Part shown: in pieces, positions 1 to 32,640 of the stretch | Numbering within the stretch: position 1 is the first letter of the stretch | Layout: each line of letters starts with the position of its first letter | From: the human T2T-CHM13v2.0 reference genome, Homo sapiens | Assembly: GCF_009914755.1 (NCBI RefSeq) | Contig: NC_060947.1 | Length of the DNA: 64,000 nt | Direction: 5' to 3' (one strand) | The notes under the pieces: model-generated | What the model was told of the DNA's origin: nothing | Databases searched by the model: none | The model's input: only the letters and a program-made list of their open reading frames with translations | Made by a program: the position numbers and the translations under genes

Positions 1-3755
<3,755 letters not shown>

Positions 3756-4160
3756 CATATTAGATTTTTAAAAGCCTTCTGGAGGCTAGGAAGCCAAGCC
3801 AAGAACTTGTGACCAGATTTCACCTGTGGTATCTATAAATCTGGGTGAATTCCTCTCTTCTCAAAGTCCCATAAATATCTTAAGGTTTCTGCCAAGAAGT
3901 GACCTTGTGACTTACCTGGGCAAGTAATCCGCCTGCCTCAGCCTCCCAAAGTGCTGGGATTACAGGCATGAGCCACTGCACCCACCCAGGCAATAATACT
4001 GACTCTAATGAGACTAGGCTTGTTTTGTAAACAATAATAAGGCTGGGATCCCTGTAAGCCAGGTACCAGGCCAGTTTTCTCATGAGGGCTTTGTTAGCAT
4101 TTGGTACCTAAAGTCAACCTTAGCTCCTTAAAACTGTTTGGTCATATCTCATTCTCTGTC
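3756..4160. mobile_element. ERV1 (MER4-group) internal-like fragment interrupted by an Alu piece
   Basis: ttctggaggctaggaagccaagccaag...gaattcctctcttctc...aagtgacctt resembles MER4-group internal sequence; by eye. Confidence 0.35.
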
Positions 4161-5512
4161 TCAAAAAAAAAAAAGAAAAAAAGAAAAAAAAAGAACAGGA
4201 TGTGGTCATCACCCCCAAGGTCTCATAGTGTAGTAAGAGACAGACATCGAGATCCAGGAGCACAAGAAGGGAACATAATTTCTATCAGAAGAAGGGGTTG
4301 GGAATCTGAGAAATCTTCACAGAGAAGATGACGTTGGGATTTGAAAGATGAGTAGAAGTTATCCCAGTGAAGAGTGGGGAGGGCACTCCAGGTAGAGGGA
4401 CACATGAGGAAAGGCATTCAGATGTAAATGTCTGTGACATGGTTGGGGATGACTAACAGTTCAGTGCAGCTAAACTGCAGGCTGCTAGGGGCTAGACTGT
4501 GAAGGGACTCCTTTAGCCATGTTCAGGAGTTTGGACTTTATTCTGTAATCTAGATAATGGGAGCCTTCAGAGGTTTTTTTAAGCCGGATTGATCACATGT
4601 CCGGAATTGGAAGGGTAAAACTGCAAGTGGGGAGACCATTTGAGACACTTTCATAATTGTCTGAGCAGGAGGGGATGAGGGCCTGTTCTAAGCCAATGAA
4701 AAGATACTGGGGGAGAGTGAAGTAGAAGTAGAAATAGAGAAGTAAGGGAGGTGATCTGATTTGGGAAATAAATATAATGACTTGATTTTTAGATCGATTA
4801 TAGTGAAGCTATTAAGCTCTCAGGCTGTGGAATCAGGAAGAATCTTGACTACGTGACACCCCAGTTATGTGACCTTAGACATTATTTAACATCTCTGGGC
4901 TGGGTGCTGTGGCTCATGCCTGTACTCCCAGCATTCTGGGAGGCCGAGGTGGGTGGATCATTTGAGCCCAGGAGTTCGAGACCAGCTATAGGCAACATGG
5001 TGAAACCCTGTCTCTACAAACAATAGAAAAATTAGCCATGCATGGTGGCAGGCACCTGTAGTCCCAGCTACTCAGAAGGCTAAGATGGGTGGATCACTTG
5101 AGTCCAGGAGATGGAGGTTGCAGTGAGCCAAGCTTACGCCACTGCATTCCAGCCTGGGCAACAGAGCAAGACTCTGTTTCAAAAAAAGAAAAAATCTCTG
5201 ACCCTCAGCTTCCTCATCGACAAAGTGGGGATAATAAAATACCTACCTTGTAGGATTGTTATAGGATGTAAAGGAGATAACATATGTGATATGCTTAGTA
5301 CAGGACCCAAAATTAAGTACTGAGTGTTAGCTATTATCATTAGTATTATTAATTTTACTGCAAGCTAAATTTAATAATTTAAATAATACTATTTAATTTA
5401 ATACTATTTAAATTTAAATAATGCTATTATCATTAGTATTATTAATTTTACTGCAAGCTAAATTTCAGTGACTGGTGGAAATGTCCAATAGACAGTTGGA
5501 AATGTGAATTGA

Positions 5513-5941
<429 letters not shown>

Positions 5942-6681
5942 TAGAGATGGTAGGAGAAAGGTCATAGAAAAGTAGTGGCTTGAGAGGGAGGGGTCCTTAC
6001 CTTGGAGAGGATCTTTAAATTGCTAATCAGTGGCTTCATTTAAGTCCTCAGTCTCTGACACTTCTGCAGCATTGGATGCAAGTGACCTCTTAAAGCCTCC
6101 TTTCAGAATCTCTCTTCAGTTTCCATGGTGTTCTGTACACTTCGATCTTCTGTGATTATGCATAGATGTCACAGCTGAGAGCCTTATAGAGCTTACTTAC
6201 TCCAGCCCCCTCATTTTACAAATGAGGAGACTAAAGAGCCAGAAAATGGAAGTAGCTTGTTCAAGGCTCACAGGCAGTTGTTCCTTCCTTGTCTTCCCCC
6301 CACCAGCTTTTCTCACTTCCCATGGTTCTTCGCTCTTTGCTCTCATATACTCATTTCCTCTTTCGATAAACTCATCTGTCTGCATAGCTTCTAGTGTTGC
6401 TTTCAGGCTTTTGGTTGCCAAATCCGAAATCTCTCCCACCCTTGCCTGCTTCAGAGCTGCTATCCCACCCTTTGTACAGTCAGCTAGGTGTTCCACTAAC
6501 ACCTCACACCCAGCATGTCTGCACATCATCTTTCCCCATACTACTAGCTTCCCTCTTTGACTCCACTATCCTATTCATGGCACCTCCATTTTCCTAGTTA
6601 GTTAATCCTTTACCAAGTCTGGTCAGTTAGTCCTACATAAAGCCCCATGCAGTACAGTCGTTAAGCATATTCCAGCTGTAG

Positions 6682-6964
<283 letters not shown>

Positions 6965-7195
6965 TAAACTCCTGACCTCAGGTGATCCGCATACCTCGGC
7001 CTCTCAAAGTGCTGGGATTAAAGGCGTGAGCCACCACGCCCAGCCAGCTTCGCCTTTTTCAAAAGAAAAAATTGAGTCTGTGGGAGGCAAGGCAATACAG
7101 CCTGTGAATGGAAGTCAAGACTAGAACCCAGGGGCCAGGCGCAGTGGCTTACGCCTGTAATCCCAACACTTTGGGAGGCCGAGGCGGGCAGATCA

Positions 7196-9930
<2,735 letters not shown>

Positions 9931-10056
9931 TTATTTGTTGATCACTTTCATTCATTTATTCATTCATTCATTCAATCATCATCAAACATATTCTAAACAC
10001 CTACTATGTGCCAGGCACATAGGTGCTAATACAGAGATGAATGGTTCCCTGTCCTA

Positions 10057-10841
<785 letters not shown>

Positions 10842-10895
10842 TCACAGATACAAGAGAGAGACCAGTAGAGAAAATTATAACAAAAATCAAAGGAG

Positions 10896-11075
10896 AGCTG
10901 GAGGCAGCACTCCTGTAGTCCCTGTAGTCTCAGCTACTTGTGAGGCTGAGGCAGGAGGATCGCTTGAGCCCAGGAATTCAAGACTGCAGTGAGCTATGCT
11001 GGTGCCTGTGAAAAGCCACTACACTCCAGCCTGGACAAAACCTCATCTCAAAAAAAAAAAAAAAAAAAAAAAAAA
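10896..11075 (+). mobile_element. FAM (fossil Alu monomer, 7SL-derived)
   Basis: Monomer retaining the 7SL-like segment gctatgctggtgcctgtgaaaagccactacactccagcctgg, followed by poly(A). Confidence 0.7.
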
Positions 11076-11168
11076 GGTGAAAGGATTGGGAGGCCGAGGC
11101 GGGTGGATCACCTGAGGTCAGGAGTTCGAGACCAGCCTGGCCAACATGGTGAAACCCCTTCTCTACTA

Positions 11169-11805
<637 letters not shown>

Positions 11806-12493
11806 TTATTTAAAAAGCATATGTATATATTTCTTATTGAAAAATGAATTTAAGGGGCTGGGCACAGTGGCTCACTCCTGTAATCCCCAGCACTTTGGGA
11901 GGTCAGGGTAGAAGGATTACTTGAGCCCAGGAATTTGAGACAAGCCTGGGCAACAAGGTGAGGCTCTATCTCTACAAAAAATTTAAAAATTACCTGGGTA
12001 TGGTGGTGCATGCCTGTGGTCTCAGGTACTCAGGAGGCTGAGATAGGAGGATCACTTAAGCCAAGGAGGTTGAGGCTGTAGTGAGCTGTGATCATGCCAC
12101 TGCACTCCAGGGGACAGAGCGAGACTCTGTCTCAAAAAAAAAAAGAAAAAAAAGAAAAATGACTTTAAGGTTTCACATCTGTTAGCAATGATTTTTGTTT
12201 TTTGGGGATTTTTTTTTGAGATGAAGTCTTGGTCTGTCTCCCAGGCTGGAGTGCAGTGGCGCGATCTCAGCTCACTACAACCTCTGCCTCCCGGGTTCGA
12301 GCGATTGTTTTTCTTTCTTTCTTTCTTTCTTTCTTTTTTTTTTTGAGACGGAATCTTGCTCTGTTGCCCAGGCTGGAGTGCAGTGGCGCGATCTTGACTC
12401 ACTGAAAGTTCCGCCTCCCAGGTTCACGCCATTCTTCTGCCTCAACCTCCCGAGTAGCTGGGACTACAGGCACCCGCTACCACGCCCAGCTAA

Positions 12494-12495
<2 letters not shown>

Positions 12496-12546
<51 letters not shown>
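12496..12546. repeat. (TG)25 microsatellite in the middle linker of an Alu
   Basis: Direct reading. Confidence 0.97.
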
Positions 12547-12548
<2 letters not shown>

Positions 12549-12811
12549 AGTAGAGATGGGATTTCACCGTGTTAGCCAGGATGGTCTCGATCTCCTGACC
12601 TCATGATCTGCCCGCCTTGGCCTCCCAAAGTGCTGGGATTACAGACGTGAACCAGTGCGCCCGGCTGCTCAAGTGATTCTTGTGGCTCAGCCTCCAGAGT
12701 AGCTGGGATTACATGCATGCACCACCATGCCCAGCTAATTTCTGTATTTTTAGTGGAGACAGGGTTTCATCATGTTGGCCAGGCTGGTCTCAAACTCCTG
12801 GCCTCAAGTGA

Positions 12812-13153
<342 letters not shown>

Positions 13154-13269
13154 TGATCTGCCTGCCTCAGCCTCCCAAAGTGCTGGGATTACAAGCATGA
13201 GCCACCATGCCCGGCTGATTTTCCTTTTTTAATTTTCAATTTCTTATTTTATTATAAACCATTATTTCT

Positions 13270-13475
13270 TCTTTATTTTCTTTATGTTTTAATTTTCATT
13301 TTTAAGTGCAGGGGTACATGTGCAGGTTGTTACATAAGTAAACTTGTGTTATGGGGGTTTGCTGTACACATTAAACCTAGTACCCAATCGTTATTGCTCC
13401 TGATCCTTTCCCTCCTCCCACTCTCTGCCCTCTAATAGGCCGCAGTATGTGTTTTTCCCCTCTCTGTGTCCATGT
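13270..13475 (-). mobile_element. L1 (older primate L1PA/L1PB-type) 3' end fragment
   Basis: ggggtacatgtgcaggttgttacata...ctcctgatcct...cctcctcccac...tgtgtccatgtg matches the reverse complement of an L1 3' UTR. Confidence 0.8.
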
Positions 13476-13520
13476 GATTTTCTTTGTACTTCTCAGTTTT
13501 TCTGTAAAGAACAGGCATTA

Positions 13521-13904
<384 letters not shown>

Positions 13905-14282
13905 CTAGTCCTGAAGGGTGTCCATTGGATTTAGCAACAAGGTGACCTTGGCAAAAACTATTTAAATGAAATGGGGAGTGGTGGAGGAAGCCAGGTTGGA
14001 GGGGAATTGAAGAGTAAATAGGAAATGAAGAAGTGTAGACAGCAAATACAGAGGTGTCGTTGAGGCCAGGTGCAGTGGCTTATGCCTGTAATCCCAGAAT
14101 TTTGGAAGGCCAAGATGGGAAGATCATCTGAGGTCAGGAGTTCAAGACAAGCCTGGTCAACACGGCAAAACCCCATCTCTACTAAAAAATAAAAATAAAA
14201 ATAAAAAATTAGCCAGGCGGGCCAGGCACAGTGGCTCACACCTGTAATCCTAGCACTTTGGGAGGCCGAGGCGGACGGATCA

Positions 14283-14692
<410 letters not shown>

Positions 14693-14939
14693 TCAAAATA
14701 TGTGGTTAAGAAGGAAAAGAGAGAGGGCAGAAACCCAGTTTAAGATATCTTCCAGTTTGGGGGCCAGGCACTGTGGCTCCCGCCTGTAATCCCAGCACTT
14801 TGGGAGGCCGAGGCAGGTGGATCACTTGAGGTCGGGAGTTCAAGACCAGCTTGGCCAACATGGCGAAACCCCGTCTCTACTAAAAATACAAACAAATTAG
14901 CCAGGCATGATGGTGCACACCTGTAATCCCAGCTACTCA

Positions 14940-16630
<1,691 letters not shown>

Positions 16631-17692
16631 GGAGGAGGATCCTACGGGGATCCAGCTAGAAGAGCTTTTCACCCGAGGCGGTCCAGGGTGGCAAAGCCAT
16701 AGAGGAAAACCGTAGTTGTCTATCAAAGGGAAAGGCAAAGATGAAAATAAAAGGGAGACTGGGCATGGTGGCTCATGCCTGTCATCCCCGCACTTTGGGA
16801 AGCCGAGGTGAGATGATTGCTTGAGTCCAGGGATTTGAGACCAGCCTGGGCAACATGGCAAGACCCCCTCTCTACAAAAATAAAAATAAAAAATTAGCTG
16901 GACATAGTGGCATGCACTTGTGGTCCCAGCTACTCAGAAGGCTAAGGTGGGAGGATCGCTTGAGCCTAGGAGGTCAAGGCTGCAGTGAGCTGTATTCAGG
17001 CCACTGCACTCCAGCCGGGGTGACAGAGTGAGATGCCCTCTCCAAAAAAAAAAAAAAAGAAGAAGATGCCCTCTCCAAAAAAAAAAAAAAAAAAAAAGAA
17101 AGAAAGAAAGAAAAAAGAAAAAGAAAAAAAGAAAGAAAAGGAAAGAAAGAAAAGAAAAAAAAGAAAAAGTGGCTCCTGCCTGTAATCCCCAACATTTTGG
17201 GAGGCCAAGGTAGGTGGATGGCTTTGGCTCAGAAGTTTGAGACCAGCCTGGCCAACATGGTGAAACCCCATCTCTACTGAAAATACAAAAATCATCTGAG
17301 TGTGGTGGCACCCACCTGTAGCCCCAGCTACTCAGGAGGCTGAGATGGGAGTGCCGCTGAGATTGGAGTGCCACTGCACTCCAGCCTGGATGACAGAGCA
17401 AGACCCTGTCTCAAAAAGACAAAGAAAAAAAGAAATAGGAAGATAAAATATTTGGCCGGAACACTTGGGAGCAAGATTGTTCTGTTCAGGTGCAAGGCAC
17501 AAATTAAGACCAGGCACACTGGCTCATGCCTGTAATCCCAGCAATTTGGGAAGCAGAGGTGGGAGGCTCACTTGAGCCAAGGAGTTTGAAACCAGCCTGG
17601 CCAGTTTGGGCGACATAGCGAGACCTCATCTTCAAACAAACAAACAAACAAACAAACAAACAAAAAACAGATTGAGGAGAATAGGTTAGTTA

Positions 17693-18073
<381 letters not shown>

Positions 18074-18150
18074 TCACGCCTGTAATCTCACCACTTTGGG
18101 AGGCCAAGGCAGGAGGATCACTTGAGCCCAAGGAGTCAAGGCTGCAGTGA

Positions 18151-18563
<413 letters not shown>

Positions 18564-18581
18564 TGAGCCACTGCGCCCGGT

Positions 18582-20521
<1,940 letters not shown>

Positions 20522-21109
20522 TGCTCTCCCTCTTTTCCCTCCCTTCTCTTTCCTTGCCTTTCTTCTCTCTAGCAGCCGCACTCCATCCAGAAGATGGGCT
20601 CAAGTAACAGTAAATAGGCAGCAGACAGGTCAATTCTAGCAACAATATATTTTATACAGCTACGGAGTATCCAAATAGACTTCCTATAGTTTAGAACTAT
20701 AAGCACCACAAAGAAATCCTGCCAGAACTCCAAGGAACAATGAGTACACACTAATATTAACCTGTAGTTTCCCTTCCTAGGAACTCCGCTATATATAGGA
20801 GCTCTCTCTTCTGGTCAAACAGGTCTGCCTACCGTTCCCCAAACACAGCTCACAGCTTCCTGTCACCTGAAATGTTTGTCCCTCCATCTCCTTTATGACC
20901 CACGTCCAACTCTGCCTTTCTGTTAAACCTACCCTTTTCTTCTGCGTCTGAACTTCTGGCATCTCATATCTGCATATGGCATTTAGGAGAAACTCCCTTG
21001 TAGTTACTCAGGTGAGTGTCTCTATCTGTCCTGTTAGCTTAGAATCTTCTGGAGTCAGGGACCACCTCTAACTCAGATTATCAGTGGGACCTTGTAGAGT
21101 TCATCAGCT

Positions 21110-21345
21110 GTGATATAGTGGCCAAGTGAACAAGTTCTGGAACCAGACTGCCTGGGTTCAAATCCAGCTTTGTTATTTACCAGTAGCCGGCTAACCTCAA
21201 TTATGTCACTTAACCTCTGTGTGCCTTAATTCCCCTGTAACATGAGAATATTAATAGTGCCTACTTTGTAGGGTTATTTTGAAGATCAAACAAAGTAATA
21301 CAAAACAATTTGAACATTGCCTTTAATGCATTAAGTACACGGGAA
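21110..21345 (+). mobile_element. MIR SINE
   Basis: ccagactgcctgggttcaaatcc...tcacttaacctctgtgtgcct...aatagtgcctac core. Confidence 0.75.
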
Positions 21346-21910
21346 ACGGTAGTCCTCTCTATCCATTACAACTTGTACTCTCAGCGGGAAGAATGGTGTT
21401 CAGCCTGTCCCCCACCCACCATGATGTCCAGCTCAGTTTTGCCTTTTACCAAGTTTACCAGGCACAACTAAAGGATTCCCTATCTGGCTTTAAATGTCCT
21501 CCATACTCTAAGCCTCTTAACTGACTGACAGTTTCCTCCACAGCCCCTCAACACAGTCCTGCCTCCTTACTGGCTCCCAGATATGCCTTGCTCGTTCCTA
21601 CTCTGTGCCTTCACTCACACTGTTCCTCCTCCCTGGAATGCTAACCCGGTCCTTCCCCTTCCAGCTCCTACCTGTCTTTTACTTCTCCACTCAAACCTCA
21701 CTTCCTCTAGGAAGCCTTCCCTGATTACTTCAGTTTATTCTCATCATTCCCTTCTCTGGACTCTCTCAGGAATCAAAGTTAGTGAATACGCACTGATATT
21801 TTTCACAACAATTTATTGGGTCTTGGTCCCCTCTCCTCCAGAAGTTCGGCAGGGCATGATAGCTCACACCTGTAATCCCAGTGCTTTGGGAGGCTGAGGC
21901 GGGCAGATCA

Positions 21911-22197
<287 letters not shown>

Positions 22198-23173
22198 CTA
22201 TGCTGGGTTCCTAGTAGGTGTCCAATACTCATGGATTGATGTATCCATATGCCCAGGTTTGGCTAAGGGAAGCTGAGGCCCTGGCTCCCTTTCTAGCAGT
22301 GAGCTCAAGCTGGAGTGAAGAACAGAAGGCAGGGGGCCAGTTTCTCTGCTAACTTCCCTTGTTTCTCCACTGCCATTCAGGCCACAGAACACAGCAGGGT
22401 CTTCAGGTAAGCCGTCAGTGGTGCAGACCTTGAAACTAGACTGATCCCTCAGTTAATGGTTGACAGTCTCTGTTTACCTTAATGATTGCCAAGATTCATT
22501 ACTGAACATGATACACTTTGCAGTTCAACTGCCTTGGCCTTGAGGGTAGAAAGCAATTTCTGAGGTTTTAGGGTTCTGGGATAGGATTAGAAATACTTGG
22601 GTCCATCCCCAGCCACTCAGGATGTGGACAATAAGCAAGTGGCCGGAGGGCACCCTGGTACTGCCATATGGGTGGGAAGCACTGCCAGCTCCCACCTTGA
22701 CCTCAGGTGCCAGCAGGCATCACCCATGGCTTTTTCCTCCCCATTGTCATCTAATGTGTTTATTTATTTATACTTTTTGTAGAGATGGGGTCTTACTATG
22801 TTGCCCAGGCTGGTCTCAAACTCCTGGCTTCAAGTGATCCTCCCGCCTTGGCCAAAGTGCTGGGATTACAGGCATGAGCCACCATGCCCGGCCCTGTCAT
22901 ACAGTTTTAGAGGCTGGGAGCTAGAAGGGTTGACCAGGATGGCAGCCTGTACAGGATCCCTCTCTGCAGCTTGCCCGCACTGTGGATCTGCCTAAGGCCA
23001 GGGCATGGGGGAAGCCTGAGGGATGCTGAGGAGCACAGGTCCAGCTCAGTCTCCCAGAGAGACTAAACATGGGTGGGTGACAATGATGCCTCTCTTCCTC
23101 TGGGACAAGGCAGTGACTCCAGGCTATGTGATCTGTCTCTCCAAACCCATAGGGAGCTCAGAGGATCAATCTT

Positions 23174-23220
23174 GTTTAATGATTGTATGTGGGAGGAGGT
23201 GGGGCTGGTTAATGTTTGTC
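23174..23220 (+). promoter_or_regulatory. GJB1: GJB1 P1 (liver/pancreas) promoter, HNF1-like sites
   Basis: tttaatgattg (about 23175) and ggttaatgtttgtc (23207-23220) resemble GTTAATNATTAAC; about 100-150 bp upstream of exon 1A. Confidence 0.65.
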
Positions 23221-23316
23221 TGGTTCCTCTTGGGCTGTGGGCCATTTCTGGCTCTGGCCCTGGGTTCGTTGTCCCTCCCCTGGGCTGGGCTGACAGTACC
23301 TGGTGGCATAGGGCAG

Positions 23317-23378
23317 ACACGCCTGCAGACATTCTCTGGGAAAGGGCAGCAGCAGCCAGGTGTGGCAGTGACAGGGAG
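23317..23378 (+). other. GJB1: GJB1 non-coding exon 1A (start approximate)
   Basis: Recognised 5'UTR gacattctctgggaaagggcagcagcagccaggtgtggcagtgacagggag followed by donor GTGAGG at 23379. Confidence 0.8.
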
Positions 23379-23836
23379 GTGAGGAGACTGGGGGCTGAGG
23401 GAGGTGGGCCAGGGAGGGCTGATGTGGCACAGTGGGCCGGAAATAGGGGCCGGGTCTTGCCTTCTACTGACCTCCGCCTTCAGCCACTTAGGTCCCTTCC
23501 ATGCTTCCCTCTGAAGCTGGGGTGAGGCCCCTCCTGCCAGGTGCCAGACTTGCTTAGCCTCTCTCTGCAGCCTCTTTCCAGGTTCAACATTGCTTTTCCT
23601 CTCACTTTTTTTCCTCTGGCCAAAGATTCCCCTTATTCCCATAGGGCCAGATTCTCAGGAAGACTTGAGGGACCCCCTAGGTGCAAGGTGGCCAAGTTTG
23701 TCTCTCTGAGACATTTCCTGCCACACAGGGTTAGGGTTTAGTGGGAATGTTGGGCACTGCCAGGTGCTGTTTTCCTTCCTTGATTACAAGGCAAGCCAGG
23801 CATGCACCCAACACGGGGCTGCGAGTGGATGAATAA

Positions 23837-24388
<552 letters not shown>

Positions 24389-25191
24389 TAATGGAGAGAA
24401 GTATAGATTAGAATGCAGCCTGGCAATGGAAAAGGGACCCAGGCTTGGGTGAGGGGCCAATACGATTCCTACTCTGAGCTCCAGCACTTGCTTACCACCT
24501 GTGTAGTAAGTTACTCAGCTTCTGTTAGCCTTCATTGCCTCACCTGTGAGTTGAAGACAATAGCTCCTGGCTCACGGGGTTGTTGTGAGCGTGAGAGTCT
24601 GTGAATATACACACAGGGGGCACTCCATAAATGGCAGCTGTTATAATAACCCAAGCAGAGAGCAACAGGAAGTCAGGTGGGTGATGGAGGAGTAAGGGAG
24701 TAGCGTCCAAACAATGGGGAAGGGAGCTGGCATAAGCAGAAGCTCTCTGAAAAGACCGCAGCAGAGAGGGGGAAAGAACAAATCGGAATGAGCTAGACTG
24801 GACCTGACCCAAGCCTGGCCACGGAATATGTATGGCAGGGTGGAGAGGCTAAGTCCAGTGACTGAGATATTGCAGAACTGCAGGGTGGAGGCAAGAGAGA
24901 GAAGCAGGGGAAGGGGAAGAGAGCTGGAGGAGTTTGGCCTTAGCCACACCAAACTGATGAAGGCAGCCAGAAATTCCTAAGGAAATCTCAAAGAAAGCCC
25001 CATGTCCCTTCCTGACCAGTGACTGCCTGCGAAATGGGGGAGGGAGCATGGAGTCCGAGGCTGAATGTAACCTCATCCATCCCAGCCCACCCCTCTTCCC
25101 CAAACCCCAAATCACAAGGATTTTCCTGTAGTTGGAAGGATAGGGAGGAGGTGGGGGCAGAAACAGAGAGAGACAGAGACAGACTAGACGA

Positions 25192-25192
<1 letters not shown>

Positions 25193-25228
<36 letters not shown>
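25193..25228. repeat. (TG)18 microsatellite in the GJB1 long intron
   Basis: Direct reading. Confidence 0.95.
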
Positions 25229-25233
<5 letters not shown>

Positions 25234-26066
25234 GCCAGCACACGCAGGAAAGTGTATAGGTTTTTGAATAGTAGGCCTGGTCTCAGAATGCAAACTCCTT
25301 AAAGGAAGAGAGGCCGCCATAAGCAGCGCCATATACAAAGACTTTGAGGTAAGAAAATAAACTTGGAACTTGATTCTACCATTTAGCAGCAGTGCAATTG
25401 CCGTTGAGGCAAGTTTCTTAACCTCTCTGAGCCTCAACTTCCTTGTCTGAAAAATGGGGATAATATTACAGGACTGCTGTAAGGACTAAGTGAGATCACC
25501 TGATTTTGCACTGTGCTTGAGTGCTAGGGCAAATCTAAATCTGGGGACAGGGCCAGAGCCTGACAAGGCCAGAGAAGTCCTGTCTAATTAAACATGAGAG
25601 CAAAACACGCGTGCAGCAACACCGAGGATATCAATACGGGGACTTTAACCCGAAGTCACAAAAACAGTTTGGATTTCAAAATCAGGTCACTCCCCTGGAT
25701 GTTTTTAGAATGAAATCCTTGAGGCATTGATATTGACATAGGGATCAGTTCTCCTTCCAAAGGTAACAGCAAAAATTGAGATCACAGCACCCAGACAAGG
25801 GTCCTTAGAGGCCCCACAGGGAGCTACTGGCTATGTCCCAGAAGACTCAAGAAGAAAAAAGGCGGGGAGTTACAAGAACCTAGAAACTCAGGGGTGGCCA
25901 GGATGTCTGTGGCACACCCCTGAAGGGCAGAGAAGAGAACAGCTAAGGTTTGCTTTGCAGTTTGAGGAAGCAGCCCAAGAAAGGTAAGGAAAGGAAAAGC
26001 AGACCAAATCAAGAGGCAGCAGAAAATCCTGGGACAGAAGGAGAGGGAAAGAGTTGTCAATTGCTA

Positions 26067-30640
<4,574 letters not shown>

Positions 30641-31170
30641 ATGGTTAGCCTTTGCTTTCTACAGACACTATCTGCAGAAGCACAGGGAGCCTGCTGTAGA
30701 AAGACTTCTGTCTCAGATACATTGTTTCATCCTACCTATCCTACCGCTTTGGAACGGTGTGACCTTGAGGAGTTACTTATCTGAGCTTCAGCTTCTTCAT
30801 CTGGAAAATGGGATAACAGGCTTCCTAAATGGGTCGAAAGAAAAAATGTATGGAACAACGCTCAGCACAGTTTGTGGCTTCATAAATGAGCTCTCTTTCC
30901 TGTCCTCTTTCCTCTCCATATTCCGGAGAGGATCTAAGCCTCAGGGAAAATCCTGGTGACCTTAAGCTTCTGACGGGGCCATGGGGGAGGGCCTCAGCCC
31001 AGAGCCTCTGGGTCCCCTGGGGTCCCCTCTTCACATCCACCTGCCTGTGTTTTATCTCCCTCCCCCCGCCCCCCCATGGCCATTCTTCTGGTGGGGCTAT
31101 GGGGCGGGTGCGGCGATGGACCGGGCGGGCACAGAACAGGTGGGTGCAGGCTGGGTGTCCGGCGCTGGGA

Positions 31171-31281
31171 CACAAGTGCTCTGTGTGTAGGGTGGGCGGA
31201 AGTCAGGGCGTTTGATCTGAATTCTAAAGGGCGTTGTTCAGAGCCCCACAAAGGTCTCATTGTGCAGACACTGGGTATAAA
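31171..31281 (+). promoter_or_regulatory. GJB1: GJB1 P2 (Schwann cell) promoter: SOX10 dimer sites, EGR2-like GC box, TATA
   Basis: cacaagtgctctgtgtg (31171-31187), gtagggtgggcgg, inverted SOX pair CACAAAG-gtct-CATTGTG (31247-31264), TATAAA (31276-31281). Confidence 0.88.
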
Positions 31282-31286
31282 GCAGC

Positions 31287-31416
31287 ATATGACTCCCCAG
31301 CACCGGGCGGTGATGAATTGGGACGCAGGCGCGGAGCCCAGGGACCACTCCCCCTGCACAGACATGAGACCATAGGGGACCTGTCTGGGTGGCCTCAGGG
31401 ATAGGCGCTCCCCAAG
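31287..31416 (+). other. GJB1: GJB1 non-coding exon 1B (start approximate)
   Basis: Ends AAG|GTAAGA at 31416; 356-nt intron to acceptor ttttgcAG at 31771-31772. Confidence 0.88.
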
Positions 31417-31782
31417 GTAAGAGGGCTTTGTTGAGTTTGCCCCAGGTCTGGAGTTAAGGAGCTAGGGGACAGGGAGCCATAGGGGATGGCTGATATCGGA
31501 ACAAGATGGGCTTGGCAAAGAAAGGGGCTGGCGGGAAAAGAATGTTGGATGAAAGCGAAGAAGGGGGATGGGGCTCAGGGAGGTCAAGTCAAGTGAGTGA
31601 GGAGGAGGAGAAGCTGGCAAGGGAGATGGGGTGACGAGGAAAGACATGACCATCCTTCCTTTCCTGCTACTGGCTCTTGGAAGAGTTGAGGGGGGGTGCG
31701 CAGGCAGTGCTATGGCGCCCGACTTTCCACCCCAGCTTTCTGACAGCTTGCTTCATGGCTGGTGTTTTGCAGGTGTGAATGA

Positions 31783-32640
<858 letters not shown>

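Noticed and set aside
6197-6597. 110-112 aa ORFs on both strands
   Set aside because: They lie in MIR/L2-like sequence and have no recognisable protein motifs
17031-17100. Duplicated agatgccctctcc-poly(A) at an Alu end
   Set aside because: Ordinary slippage duplication in an Alu tail
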